A DNA stretch of 64,000 nucleotides from Trueperaceae bacterium (GCA_965214405.1 OZ243956.1:1920001-1984000), one strand, 5' to 3'; positions 37,101 to 46,179 are shown, numbered from the stretch's first letter. A program made the numbers and translations. The notes: generated by a model from the letters alone, not told the origin.

Positions 37101-37817
37101 ACCATGTTAGACGAGTCGGCGGGGCGAACCTGGCGTAAAGAGCTGCTGGCCTGGGTGTCTGACCACGCCGAGATCTTTAACGGCGCACAACCCGTCGCCG
37201 AGGTCGCTCTGGTTTACTCTAATAGAACACGTAACTTGACGTTTGGCTCGAGCCTCGCGTCCTTGATCGAAACTCAACACCTGCTCGACGCCAAGGGCGT
37301 CCCCTACGTCGTTATTCCCGAACCGAACATCGAGCGCATCCACAACTTCCCCTACGTTATCCTTCCCGAAGTCACCTACGCCACCGACGAGGTGCAAAAC
37401 GCTGTCGAGACGTATGAGGGGACCTTACTGTTGGTCGGTAATTCGCTGACCAGGGACGGCTGGGACGAAAACGATTTAACCCCGCCTACCGAGGCTGTTG
37501 ACGCGTCTCGCGCCGTTGCCGCCATCAAAACCACGCCCCTGAAAGTCGAAAACGGCGAAGGCGTATTTGTCGAACTTTTCAAAAGGGGCGACGCCACACA
37601 AGTCCGCCTGTTCGACCCGAACTTGACCGAAGACTTCCAGGCCCTTCCCCGCACCGTGACGCTCAAGTTTGCCTGGGATGGCGAGAGGCCGAAGGTGTCG
37701 GCGCTGCCCTTTATGGGTGAGGTGCGGGGGCTCGAGCCGGTGCAAGAGGACGGAATGGTGAAGGTCGAGGTGCCGGTAGACATGTTTACGACGGTAACGA
37801 TAAACATTAGTCGGTAG
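34119..37817 (+). CDS. Secreted multidomain glycoside hydrolase: GH114-like endo-alpha-1,4-polygalactosaminidase, CARDB, CBM9-like domain and a second, unassigned TIM-barrel GH module
   Basis: Signal peptide; YLSVGEAE, FDGVFLDTVD, QNRGF, MFES, ALDY (GH114/PelA-hydrolase-like); V.VENIG (CARDB); IDGDLADW...WDENNLYVGLEVTDD...GDHVELWFD (CBM9-like); EAHKHGVK...YPEWMQ...ADGIFVDVP...AFKAATG (GH42/GHL-like barrel) followed by a trimerisation-like domain. Confidence 0.8.
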   Translation: MRRLSVGGLTFALILTGLSLAQEGPRGAVHDIEDYVVYYGKGELEALSTFDLAIIQPNTLSEEELAKLKAAGTLVVAYLSVGEAEPARPWYSAGRVDPRWLLSKNENWGSYRVDANQEGWRKLMGELTGEFLDEGFDGVFLDTVDTVDAYPETIPGMVELIRGLREAYPEALLVQNRGFTVLDDVAEFIDALMFESLTGSYDFSNDTYIYADNSFTAEQLVELRERTDLVILALDYADTPAMAYRAVEAAKEYDFVPAVSTILLDEIPDYGLDEGGPDDIRISDISVQTAGTQTAIVVKVENIGLSPSKRVPVSLTVEGEQVATQTYESLGIGEQKIWRVPWESASETASIRATAFSLSDKKAGNNNLSLQYAAERVAEEPVLPPEEQKRRPAANGPDLVATALTERLTIDGDLADWGDMPCAEVNTGEQVILGLPSDWAGPADLGSRVCYAWDENNLYVGLEVTDDTIVQRHTGSSLWRGDHVELWFDTQLQLDFGSAEAGSDDFQIGLSPGDCTGSVEPDIFIWTPPRLREEYDGLIEYAVVCTDSGYRAEMRLPASVLTGLKLASGGAIGATFDPSDTDTPGSSEQEMMLSTAPNTQWGVPTLWNNLVLEGEPTVSVEVSEGADEDSGQAEVDRDLSSLQALNTSNVPSDVTAVIGYAFSPGDVSQPITDDALEEVRAIVQRAASEGALWLDADTGITNFADNFLYDPAISYYPLVEAIVDEAHKHGVKAFFYFSGSEIETLDYSESPDTSIDKVYPEWMQVDQFGDPMAFLPGEVEAFWLGPDTGDAWANPLAPGYREAIMTRAEGVAAAGADGIFVDVPYYFTFENRWADFSDESAAAFKAATGYDLPRNLANDGRAFYEWLEWRHTVWRDYLGEMNDRAKAVNPDIHIIAEEWPAASFDGILSTGYDTSVADPAIDIAAHEYGHKQDEGGAIAYNLADWQHTRDMYKWYQGMNRTNWCLCYATEAADSKAIAAITYAHHLSFWETKAPTMLDESAGRTWRKELLAWVSDHAEIFNGAQPVAEVALVYSNRTRNLTFGSSLASLIETQHLLDAKGVPYVVIPEPNIERIHNFPYVILPEVTYATDEVQNAVETYEGTLLLVGNSLTRDGWDENDLTPPTEAVDASRAVAAIKTTPLKVENGEGVFVELFKRGDATQVRLFDPNLTEDFQALPRTVTLKFAWDGERPKVSALPFMGEVRGLEPVQEDGMVKVEVPVDMFTTVTINISR

Positions 37818-37884
37818 CCCCGAGCTATGCCAACTTTCAACCACCCCACAAAATCCCCATAAACCCACCTTAAAGGAGAATCCC

Positions 37885-39222
37885 ATGCCCAAAATTACCC
37901 TCATCGGCGCAGGCAGCGCGGTGTTTGCCGCTGAAATTATGAAAGACGTTCTCGCCACACCGGGCCTAGAAACCGGCACGTTTGCCCTAGTCGACATTGA
38001 CGAGGGGCGGCTCGAGGTCGCTCACAAAATGGCCGAGTGGCTGGTCGATAAGAGCGGGCGCAATTGGTCGGTCGAAGCCACAACCGATAGGACGAAAGTG
38101 CTCGCCGGAACGGATTACCTCGTCAACTCGATTGAAGTCGCCGGGCTCGCCAACGTCCGGCACGACTACGACATCCCGATGAAGTACGGCGTGGACCAGT
38201 GCATCGGTGACACGATTGGGCCGGGGGGACTTTTCAAGGCTTTGCGAACGCTGCCCGCGTGGCTCGACATCCTCAAAGACACCGAACGCCTCGCGCCGAA
38301 CGCGCTGGTCATGAACTACACCAACCCGATGTCGCTGACCGTTTTGACGGGAATACGCGCCTCGAAATTGTCTATTGTTGGACTGTGCCACTCCATCCAG
38401 CACACCACACATCAGCTCGCGGAGTATCTGGACATGCCTTATGAAGAGATTGACTGGCAAGGCGCGGGCATCAATCACCTCGCCTGGATTGTGAAGCTCG
38501 AGCGTGCCGGACGAGACCTCTACCCCGTTTTACAGGAACGTATAGAAAAACACCCTGAAATCTACGAGCGAGACCCCGTCCGCTTTGAGATGATGAAGCA
38601 CTTGGGCGCGTTCGTCACCGAGTCGAGCGGGCACACCTCGGAGTACACGGCGTACTTTCGCAAACGCCCCGACCTGATTGACAAGTACATGCGGAGCGGC
38701 TATCGGGGCGAGAGCGGTTACTACGCGAACAACTGGCCCGAGTGGCGCGAGGAGCATATGCAAGCGCTGCGCGACGTTATGGCAGGAAAAGAAGAGTACG
38801 AGTTAAACCGCGGCCCCGAATACGCCTCGCGCATTATCGAGGCGGTGGAGACGGGCGCGCCGCAAGTCATCTACGGCAATGTTACCAACACCGGGCTGAT
38901 CGACAACCTGCCGCAAAACGGTGTGGTTGAGGTCGCGTGTTTGGTCGATAGAAAGGGCGTGCAACCGACGCACTTCGGCACCCTGCCGACGCAGTTGGCG
39001 AACCTAGACCAGCAGCACATGGCCTTTCACGACCTCGTGGCGACGGCTGTTTTAGAAGAGGACCGCGAGGCCGCCGTTCACGCACTGATGACGGACCCCC
39101 TGACGGCGGCGGTCTGTTCGTTGGGGGAAATCCGGCAGATGTTTGACGAGATGGCGGCGGCGCAAGAGGCTTATTTGCCTGCGTTTGTGAATCCCGGTGC
39201 CAAGGAAGCGGTGAAGGCTTGA
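37885..39222 (+). CDS. melA: GH4 NAD+-dependent alpha-galactosidase-type glycosidase
   Basis: KITLIGAGSAVF, QCIGDTIGPGG, NYTNPM, GLCHS (alpha-galactosidase-type Cys motif), GINH, TESSGHTSEY. Confidence 0.85.
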   Translation: MPKITLIGAGSAVFAAEIMKDVLATPGLETGTFALVDIDEGRLEVAHKMAEWLVDKSGRNWSVEATTDRTKVLAGTDYLVNSIEVAGLANVRHDYDIPMKYGVDQCIGDTIGPGGLFKALRTLPAWLDILKDTERLAPNALVMNYTNPMSLTVLTGIRASKLSIVGLCHSIQHTTHQLAEYLDMPYEEIDWQGAGINHLAWIVKLERAGRDLYPVLQERIEKHPEIYERDPVRFEMMKHLGAFVTESSGHTSEYTAYFRKRPDLIDKYMRSGYRGESGYYANNWPEWREEHMQALRDVMAGKEEYELNRGPEYASRIIEAVETGAPQVIYGNVTNTGLIDNLPQNGVVEVACLVDRKGVQPTHFGTLPTQLANLDQQHMAFHDLVATAVLEEDREAAVHALMTDPLTAAVCSLGEIRQMFDEMAAAQEAYLPAFVNPGAKEAVKA

Positions 39223-39306
39223 GGCTCGAGGCCGTTCCGGAACGCTGTCCCTCTTATTCTCAAGGCGACTTTATGCTAAGACATAAGCTGTGCCGAGACA
39301 TAACCC

Positions 39307-40446
39307 GTGCTAAGACCTAAACTCCTCTACTTCCTCTACTACGCCGCTGCCGCCGCGCTGCTGCCCTTTCTGGTGCTTTACTATGAACACCTCGGCCTGT
39401 CCGGGCGGCAGGTGGGCGTGCTGAGTGCGCTCTTGCCGCTGATGACGCTGCTCGGCGTACCAGTGTGGAGCACGGCTGCCGACACGTTGCAACGTCACAA
39501 GGTTTTCATCGTCATAACCGTCGGAGGCGCGCTCGCTTTCACGCTTCCGCCCCTCTTGACGACGAATTACCTAACTTTGCTCGCGCTGGTCGGTGTGCTG
39601 TCGCTTTTCACCGCGCCGATCATGCCGCTCGTTGACCACCTGACCCTGACGCTGCTCCCGGAAAAGAGCCGCTACGGCGCCCTGCGCCTCTGGGGCGCGG
39701 TCGGCTGGGGACTGGCGGCACCCTTGACGGGACTTTTGACCGAACAAGGGGGGCTGCGCTGGGCGTTTTTTGTCGCCTTTGGTTTGCTGGGTTTGCTGTG
39801 GGGCGTAAGCTTCACGCTTCCCGAAGTAGCGGCGGAGCGGAAGAGCGAGGTTGTCAGGGGCATTCGGCAGTTCGTCTCTCCCGCCTGGTTGAGCTTTCTG
39901 CTGGCGGCGTTTACAGGCGGCGTGGGTTTGGCGGTGAGCAGCTCCTTTCTGTACCTTCACATGGCCGACTTAGGCGTTAGCGGGACGCTCGTCGGTCTCG
40001 CGCTAACGGTTGCGACGGTGAGCGAGCTGCCGGTGTTCTGGTTCTCGGGTTCTCTGCTAAGGCGCTACGCCGCCCCGACGCTCCTCGCCGTCGCACTCTT
40101 TACTTTCGCCCTGAGGCTGCTTCTTTACGCGTTCTTGCTCGAGCCTCTGCTCCTCGTGACGGTTCAACTGCTCCACGGCCCGACGTTCTCGCTGCTATGG
40201 GTCGCGGGCGTTGCTTACGCCGACGCTCTGGCCCCCACCGGCTTGGGCGCGACCGCGCAGGGTCTATTCACCGCCACGGTTCTGGGGCTGGGCGGCGCGG
40301 TCGGCGCGCTCGTCGGCGGCGTGCTCTACGACGCGGTGGGGGCCGCCGGTATGTTTCAGTGGACGGCCGTCGGCACACTGGCTGTAGGGGCTTATCTCAC
40401 CGTCACGCTTTACAACCGCCACGTCGCCAAAAAGGAGCTTCACTGA
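39307..40446 (+). CDS. MFS transporter (MFS_1-like/HcaT-like)
   Basis: About 12 hydrophobic helices; YGALRLWGAVGW; QLLHGPTF. Confidence 0.88.
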   Translation: MLRPKLLYFLYYAAAAALLPFLVLYYEHLGLSGRQVGVLSALLPLMTLLGVPVWSTAADTLQRHKVFIVITVGGALAFTLPPLLTTNYLTLLALVGVLSLFTAPIMPLVDHLTLTLLPEKSRYGALRLWGAVGWGLAAPLTGLLTEQGGLRWAFFVAFGLLGLLWGVSFTLPEVAAERKSEVVRGIRQFVSPAWLSFLLAAFTGGVGLAVSSSFLYLHMADLGVSGTLVGLALTVATVSELPVFWFSGSLLRRYAAPTLLAVALFTFALRLLLYAFLLEPLLLVTVQLLHGPTFSLLWVAGVAYADALAPTGLGATAQGLFTATVLGLGGAVGALVGGVLYDAVGAAGMFQWTAVGTLAVGAYLTVTLYNRHVAKKELH

Positions 40447-40448
40447 CC

Positions 40449-41372
40449 GTGTTACCTGAACATGACCTACTCGTCATCGGCGAAATCAACCCCGACCTCG
40501 TCTTGCAGGGTGAAGACGTAACACCGGCTTTCGGGCAAGCCGAAAAACTCGTGGACAGGGCGGCGCTGACCATCGGCTCGTCGTCGGTCATCGTCGCCTG
40601 CGGCGCGGCCAGACTGGGGCTCAAAACGGCCTTTATCGGCCTCGTCGGGGACGACCTGTTCGGGCGCTTTATGTTGGGGGCGATGCAGGATAGGGGCGTC
40701 GACACGTCCGGCTGCACCGTGACCAAGGCGCACCAAACCGGCTTCAGCGTCATTCTGTCCGGGCCGAACGACCGCGCCATCCTGACTTTTCCGGGCACCA
40801 TCGCCGAGTTGCGCCACAGCGATATCGACCTTGGCTACTTGAAACGTGCTAAGCACCTGCACCTGAGCAGTTTTTTCTTGCTGGACAATTTGCGTCCGGA
40901 CGTCCCCAAGCTTTTTAGAAAAGCCAAAGACTTGGGCCTCACGACCTCGCTGGACACCAACTGGGACCCGCGAGAAAGCTGGAGCGGACTGACCGAGACG
41001 CTTCGATACACCGACGTGCTGTTACCCAACGAACAAGAGGCGCTTCATCTCACGGGGCAAGGGAGGCTCGAGCCCGCCCTCGCCGTTTTGGCTAAACACG
41101 TGCCGACAGTGGCGGTTAAATTAGGAGCCGAGGGCGCTGTGGCGAGGCGCGAGGGTCAAGAGGTGCGCGCGCCCGTCGTGCCGGTCGAAGTTAAAGACAC
41201 GACGGGCGCCGGGGACTCATTCGATGCGGGCTTTCTCTACGGTTATCTTCAGGAGTGGTCGTTAGAAAAGTCCCTGCGGTTCGCCAGCGCCTGCGGTTCG
41301 CTGTCGACCAGAGGTGTGGGGGGCACGGACCATCAGGCAACACAACAAGAAGCCCTGGAGGCTTTGGCATAA
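40449..41372 (+). CDS. PfkB/ribokinase-family carbohydrate kinase
   Basis: IGEINPDL, GLVGDDLFG, LPNEQEA, DTTGAGDSFDAGF. Start GTG 40449, 2 nt after the MFS stop. Confidence 0.9.
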   Translation: MLPEHDLLVIGEINPDLVLQGEDVTPAFGQAEKLVDRAALTIGSSSVIVACGAARLGLKTAFIGLVGDDLFGRFMLGAMQDRGVDTSGCTVTKAHQTGFSVILSGPNDRAILTFPGTIAELRHSDIDLGYLKRAKHLHLSSFFLLDNLRPDVPKLFRKAKDLGLTTSLDTNWDPRESWSGLTETLRYTDVLLPNEQEALHLTGQGRLEPALAVLAKHVPTVAVKLGAEGAVARREGQEVRAPVVPVEVKDTTGAGDSFDAGFLYGYLQEWSLEKSLRFASACGSLSTRGVGGTDHQATQQEALEALA

Positions 41373-41710
41373 GCGTTATATGTTGTAAGGGCGACTCTGG
41401 GTAGCCAGCAAGGAGCTGGAAAACATCACGCCCTACGCCCTACACCTAATCATAGTCGTTAATACAGGAGACTCGGTTTGGTGAAGCAACTCCAGGCTGT
41501 GAGGTGACGCTACTGAAGGTGTTCCGTCTGCCAAGTCGATTATCGTTTGGATCAGGTCCGTAAGGGTTTGAATCGGATTGCGGACCGTCTCAGGCATGAG
41601 CAAAGTGGTAAGGCAGTTCGAAATTCTGTCCAGTTTGCTTTGGCTGAATCCCTCAAACTTTCGGTATGAGGGATTCTGTAAGCACCCCTAGGCGTATATG
41701 AAATCGTGTC

Positions 41711-41869
41711 ATTTTAGGAAATGGCAAAGATGGCTTTACCATTTCACTACAAACCGTGTTTTATATAACTTCAAAAAGAGTGTCTGCCACGCATTACTGT
41801 TGCAGAATTGAACTTGATCCCTGCAAGTTGTAGGGGATAACGTCTTTTTTGCAATTATAAATTCAACTT
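41711..41869 (+). repeat. Structured non-coding repeat, copy B
   Basis: Diverged direct copy of 20752-20913; the hairpin (41800-41854) is retained. Confidence 0.8.
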
Positions 41870-41952
41870 TGCGGTAACTTTGCAATTCATGATAAGCCAC
41901 CTTTGCTCCCGAGTACTAGGATGGTCGTCAGGCGCGTTCTGAAAGCAATAGG

Positions 41953-43386
41953 TCAGCGCGCGCCCTCCGGGGGAACGTACCGGGTGTCCCCCACCTCATC
42001 TTGCAAGGCGTACAGCCGGTGGGTCAGCTCCGTCACAACGTCCGCGTAGGCGGGGTCCGCGTAGACGTTATTTAGCTCGTACGGGTCTCCTTCTAAGTCG
42101 AACAGCTCCCACTCGGGCTCGTAACTCTCGTCTATCGTGCCCGCCTGACCCAGCGCGTCGGCGTAGTAGTAGATGAGCTTAAAGCGGTGCGTCCGGACGC
42201 CGTAGTGTGCGTAGACGTTGTGGTGCGTTTTGTGCATCCAGTAGCGGTAGTACATCGCCTCGCGCCAGTCGTCGGGCGTGTTTTGGTTGAGGAGGGGGCG
42301 AAGGCTGCGACCCTGCATGTCCTCTGGAACGGGCACGCCCGCCAGGTCCAAAAACAGCGGCGCGAAGTCGACGTTCAAAATCATGTCTTTGTTGACGGTG
42401 CCCGCCTCGACCTCTTTCGGATAGCGCAGGATGAAAGGCATCCGCAAAGATTCTTCATACATAAAGCGTTTGTCGTACCAGCCGTGGTCGCCCAAGAAAA
42501 AACCCTGGTCCGAGGTGTAAATGACGAGCGTGTTTTCGGTTAGCCCCTGTTCGTCCAGATAGTCCAGCACGCGCCCCACGTTGTCGTCGATGCTGGCGAC
42601 GACCCGCAGGTAATCTTTGATGTAGCGCTGATAGGCCCATTTGCGGAGTTCCATCTCGGGGAGGGCGTGGTTGACTGCTACTTTGAGGTCTTTGGTTTCC
42701 ATATGGACGCCCACACGCATCTCGGCAGCCTCGGCGGCAGCGGCGCGGTTGCTGTAGTCGTCAAAAAGGGTCTCGGGTTCGGGGATGGTCTCGTTCAGGT
42801 ACATATGCGCGTGTTTCTCGTCCGGTTCCCACTCGCGGTGAGGGGCTTTGTGGTGATACATGAGGCAGAAGGGTTTGTCCGTATCGCGGTTTTTGAGCCA
42901 GTCCAGACTCATATCCGTAATCAGGTCGGTCACGTAGCCCCGCACGGTCTCTCGGCGACCCCCCGGAACCGCGTCGTCCTTAAAGATAAAGTCGGGGTTG
43001 TGATATAGGCCCTGCCCCGGTAACACCGCCCAGTCGTCGAAGCCCGTCGGGCAGTGCTCCGGCCCCTGCCCGAGGTGCCACTTGCCATAAATCGCCGTTT
43101 GATACCCCTGTTCTTGCAAAAGCTTGGGGAAGGTTTGCAGGCGGTTGTCCATCGGGGTCGCTAAGGTGGTCACGCCGTTGACGTGGTTGTGGGTTCCCGT
43201 CAGGATGGCGGCGCGGCTGGGCGTGCAAATTGAATTCGTGCAGAAGCAGTTGTCGAACCTCATACCGCCCTCAGCGATGCGGTCTAAGTTGGGCGTCTCG
43301 TTAATCTTGCTGCCGTAGCAACCGAGTGCGTGCGAGGCGTGGTCGTCGGACATGATGAACAAGATGTTGGGTTGTGGGTCAGCCAT
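41953..43386 (-). CDS. Sulfatase (formylglycine-dependent; N-acetylglucosamine-6-sulfatase-like), no signal peptide
   Basis: [49 protein letters not shown]. Confidence 0.93.
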   Translation of the reverse strand: MADPQPNILFIMSDDHASHALGCYGSKINETPNLDRIAEGGMRFDNCFCTNSICTPSRAAILTGTHNHVNGVTTLATPMDNRLQTFPKLLQEQGYQTAIYGKWHLGQGPEHCPTGFDDWAVLPGQGLYHNPDFIFKDDAVPGGRRETVRGYVTDLITDMSLDWLKNRDTDKPFCLMYHHKAPHREWEPDEKHAHMYLNETIPEPETLFDDYSNRAAAAEAAEMRVGVHMETKDLKVAVNHALPEMELRKWAYQRYIKDYLRVVASIDDNVGRVLDYLDEQGLTENTLVIYTSDQGFFLGDHGWYDKRFMYEESLRMPFILRYPKEVEAGTVNKDMILNVDFAPLFLDLAGVPVPEDMQGRSLRPLLNQNTPDDWREAMYYRYWMHKTHHNVYAHYGVRTHRFKLIYYYADALGQAGTIDESYEPEWELFDLEGDPYELNNVYADPAYADVVTELTHRLYALQDEVGDTRYVPPEGAR

Positions 43387-43465
43387 GTTCAGCCGCTCTC
43401 TCTGGTGATTTCACAGTGCCAGCTTTCAAAAGCAGCACATTGACTACCAGCGTTACGCGATTTTA

Positions 43466-46087
43466 TCACCGTATCGCGTACAGGTAACCGTCGTCGGACA
43501 GCACCAGGGCTTTGCCGTTGATGATGGCGGGCGTCGACTCCTCCACCTTGTTGGTGAGGTTGAATTTCCACCTGAGCTTGGCTTCGCCGTCCGGACCCGG
43601 CTCTCGGCCGACGCAGTAGAAGAAAGGCGACGAGGTCGAGCCGAAGTAGACTGAATCGCCCGCCACAGCCGCGCCGGGAAGCCCGCCCCCCTCATGTTCC
43701 CAAACGAGTTCGCCCGTTTCGGCGTCCAAGCAGCAGATGGTCGAGTAGATCCAGACGCCGCCCAGACCGCGCCCGCGGTTGATGGATATATAGACGTATT
43801 TTCCGTCAAAGGCGGGCGTGGCATTGAAGTTGGTCGAGGCTCGAGGAAACTCCCACAACAGCTCCCCCGTTTTGCCGCCCAAACACTTGAAGGAGTCCGC
43901 GCCGCCGCTCGGCAAATAAATGCGCCCGTCTTTCGCCACCGCCGTCCCTGAGTCGCAGCCGCCGTCCACGTGGTACTTCCACAAGAGCTTGCCGCTGTGC
44001 ATGTCAAAGGCGTAAAAGTAGTGGTCCCAGCCGCCGAAGTATACGGTGTCGCCGTCGATGATGGGCTCGGAACACGTCGAGCGGGAGGTGCGGTAGCGCC
44101 AGAGGATAGCTCCGGTGTCGGCGTCCAGACAGTTCACCATGCCGTCGATACCGGGGACGAAGATGCGGCCCTGCGCCGCGTTCGCCGAGCCCCACACCCA
44201 GCCGGTCGCCTGTTTCCAGACAAGCCTCCCCGTTTCCGCGTCAATGCAGTAAAAATAGTCTTCGCCGCCCTGCTGCCCGAAGTAGATGCGCCCCTCATAG
44301 TAAGTCGGCGCGGCGGAGATGGCCGCCCCGCACTCGAAGCGCCACACCTCCTCCCCCGTCCTCTCATTGATGGCCTGGACAAAGCCCGAGGGCGTCCCGA
44401 TAAACGCCAAATCGCCTACCGCGGTGGGTTTGGATTGGTAGTAAGCCCCCCCGGCAATCTGGTCAGTCTGGACGCGCACCCCGTCCATCTCGACGGACTC
44501 TATGAGCGACTCTTTCCACTTGTGCTCGCCCCGCGCGCTGACGCAGTGGAGGTAGAGATCTGAACTGGTGAGGTAGACGTTGCTCTCCGACGCGACTAAG
44601 TCCGACAGGAGGTGATGCTCTGAGACTTTGGTCTTCCACAGCTTTTCCGCCCCCGCGTTTCCAAGGCCGAGGCCGTGAAGGTTGCCGTCTAAGGTGGCGA
44701 CGACTAACACATCATCAACCAAAACAGGGGCTGCCCGGACCCACTCACCGAGCTCGAGCTCCCAATTGAGCTCACCCGTTTCTGCGTTCAGACCGTACAT
44801 AAACCCGTCCGCCGACCCCACAAAAAGCTTGTCCTGGTCCAGCACGGGTTTGCTGTAGAGGCGAAACGCCCGCGCCTCTTCCCTATCGGGTTTCCAACGC
44901 CAGCGTTCTTCACCAGAATCCAGGTCGAGCGCGTAGATATTGCCGTCGTTGGACGCCACATAGAGCGTGTCGCCATCCAGCGTCGGCGTGGTGTTGACCG
45001 CGGCGTCCGCCTTGAAGTGCCAGCGGATGCGCCCCGCCTTGTGGTGAGTCCAGTCGCCCTCGAGCTTTAGGCAAAACACGTCGCCGTGTAAGGTGCCGAC
45101 GAAAACCGAGTCGTCCGTCAACACGGGCTCGCTGAACTGCGGGCCGACGAAGTAGTCCCATAGCTTCTCACCCGTCTGGTAATCTTTGCAGACCACCATG
45201 TCGAGGGCGGCGGCGACCGGCGGGGTCCGCTCGATGTCGTGAACGCCGAACGGGTAAACCAGTTTCTCCTCGTTCGCGGCGAACGGCGCGTAGGCGGCGC
45301 GGTAGTCGATGTGACAGGCCTCAACTTTACGCAGCTCTTCGCCGGTCCGCTTGTCAATAAACACCAGGTGCCGCGCCCAGCCGCTGTTGCCCCGGCTGCC
45401 GATTTCGCGCACGACTATCTCGTCACCAACGATGATGGGGCTCGCCGCGATGCTCGGCGTGTGATAGAGCTGGTCGCCGATGACGCCGACCTCCCGGCGG
45501 CACTTCCAGTTCACCGCGCCCGTGGCTTTGTCAAAGCTGTACATCGACACGCGCATCCCCGGCGAAGCTGCGTAGACGCTGTTTCCCTCGACCACGGGCC
45601 GCGCCCGCCAGCCCAGGCTGATGGGGAACTTCCAGGCGTAAGCCCCCTCGGTCGGCCCCGGCTCGGCCGTGTAGCCCGTGTGGTGCATGTCTTTCTGGTA
45701 GGTTGTCCAGTTGTCACCAGACGTGTTTGGGCTTCCGGTAGGCGCTTCCGACTTCTTTTGTGCGGGTGGTAGGACAAACCCGTGCTCAGCCAGCAACTCC
45801 TCCAACAAGGCAAAGCCCTCGTCCACCGCATTGAAGTACGCCTGGTTGACCTTGGTCTCTTCATAATCGACCAGGATGCTGCTCGACCAGCGCGCGGCCA
45901 GAACGTCGTCGATGGGGATGTAGGGCTCGAGGTCGATGCCCAACTGCTGCAACGTCGCCGCCCAGATTTTCAAGGCAACGGCCCGCTCCTGAAAATTCTC
46001 TTTGGTGGTCTTGCTACGAGCAACGGCGGTGCGAAGGTCATCTAAGTAGTCGTCGCCAGACGGAACCAGGGTCGGGGCACTTGCCAT
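43466..46087 (-). CDS. Large PQQ-like (BamB-type) beta-propeller repeat protein with a unique N-terminal helical domain
   Basis: Many A/C.D..TG...W repeats. ATG 46087 after AGGAG; no signal peptide evident. Confidence 0.82.
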   Translation of the reverse strand: MASAPTLVPSGDDYLDDLRTAVARSKTTKENFQERAVALKIWAATLQQLGIDLEPYIPIDDVLAARWSSSILVDYEETKVNQAYFNAVDEGFALLEELLAEHGFVLPPAQKKSEAPTGSPNTSGDNWTTYQKDMHHTGYTAEPGPTEGAYAWKFPISLGWRARPVVEGNSVYAASPGMRVSMYSFDKATGAVNWKCRREVGVIGDQLYHTPSIAASPIIVGDEIVVREIGSRGNSGWARHLVFIDKRTGEELRKVEACHIDYRAAYAPFAANEEKLVYPFGVHDIERTPPVAAALDMVVCKDYQTGEKLWDYFVGPQFSEPVLTDDSVFVGTLHGDVFCLKLEGDWTHHKAGRIRWHFKADAAVNTTPTLDGDTLYVASNDGNIYALDLDSGEERWRWKPDREEARAFRLYSKPVLDQDKLFVGSADGFMYGLNAETGELNWELELGEWVRAAPVLVDDVLVVATLDGNLHGLGLGNAGAEKLWKTKVSEHHLLSDLVASESNVYLTSSDLYLHCVSARGEHKWKESLIESVEMDGVRVQTDQIAGGAYYQSKPTAVGDLAFIGTPSGFVQAINERTGEEVWRFECGAAISAAPTYYEGRIYFGQQGGEDYFYCIDAETGRLVWKQATGWVWGSANAAQGRIFVPGIDGMVNCLDADTGAILWRYRTSRSTCSEPIIDGDTVYFGGWDHYFYAFDMHSGKLLWKYHVDGGCDSGTAVAKDGRIYLPSGGADSFKCLGGKTGELLWEFPRASTNFNATPAFDGKYVYISINRGRGLGGVWIYSTICCLDAETGELVWEHEGGGLPGAAVAGDSVYFGSTSSPFFYCVGREPGPDGEAKLRWKFNLTNKVEESTPAIINGKALVLSDDGYLYAIR

Positions 46088-46149
46088 AGTTTCACTCCTA
46101 AAGCTAACTCGGACGTTCAAACGTCAGAAACCGACGTTCTCTAGAAATC

Positions 46150-46179
46150 AACGCTTATCAAAACGCTTATCAAGTTGTT
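46150..46179. promoter_or_regulatory. Tandem direct repeat AACGCTTATCAA x2 upstream of the propeller gene (candidate operator)
   Basis: Exact 12-bp duplication; the overlapping TTATCAAGTTGTT recurs at 51374-51386. Confidence 0.45.

Noticed and set aside
34119..37817. PelA of a Pel biosynthesis operon
   Set aside because: No deacetylase domain recognised and no pelB-G-like synthase or export genes; the context is import and catabolism.
40197..40448. Extended N-terminus of the PfkB kinase
   Set aside because: It overlaps the MFS gene; the kinase fold begins at GTG 40449.
41400..41700. Possible small ORF (minus strand, ~52 aa from 41598) and hairpin at 41646-41676
   Set aside because: No recognisable similarity or clear RBS; it cannot be supported beyond a possible terminator.
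43466..46087. PQQ-dependent dehydrogenase or true BamB
   Set aside because: Only generic propeller repeats are visible, with no signal or lipoprotein peptide and no recognisable dehydrogenase catalytic motifs.
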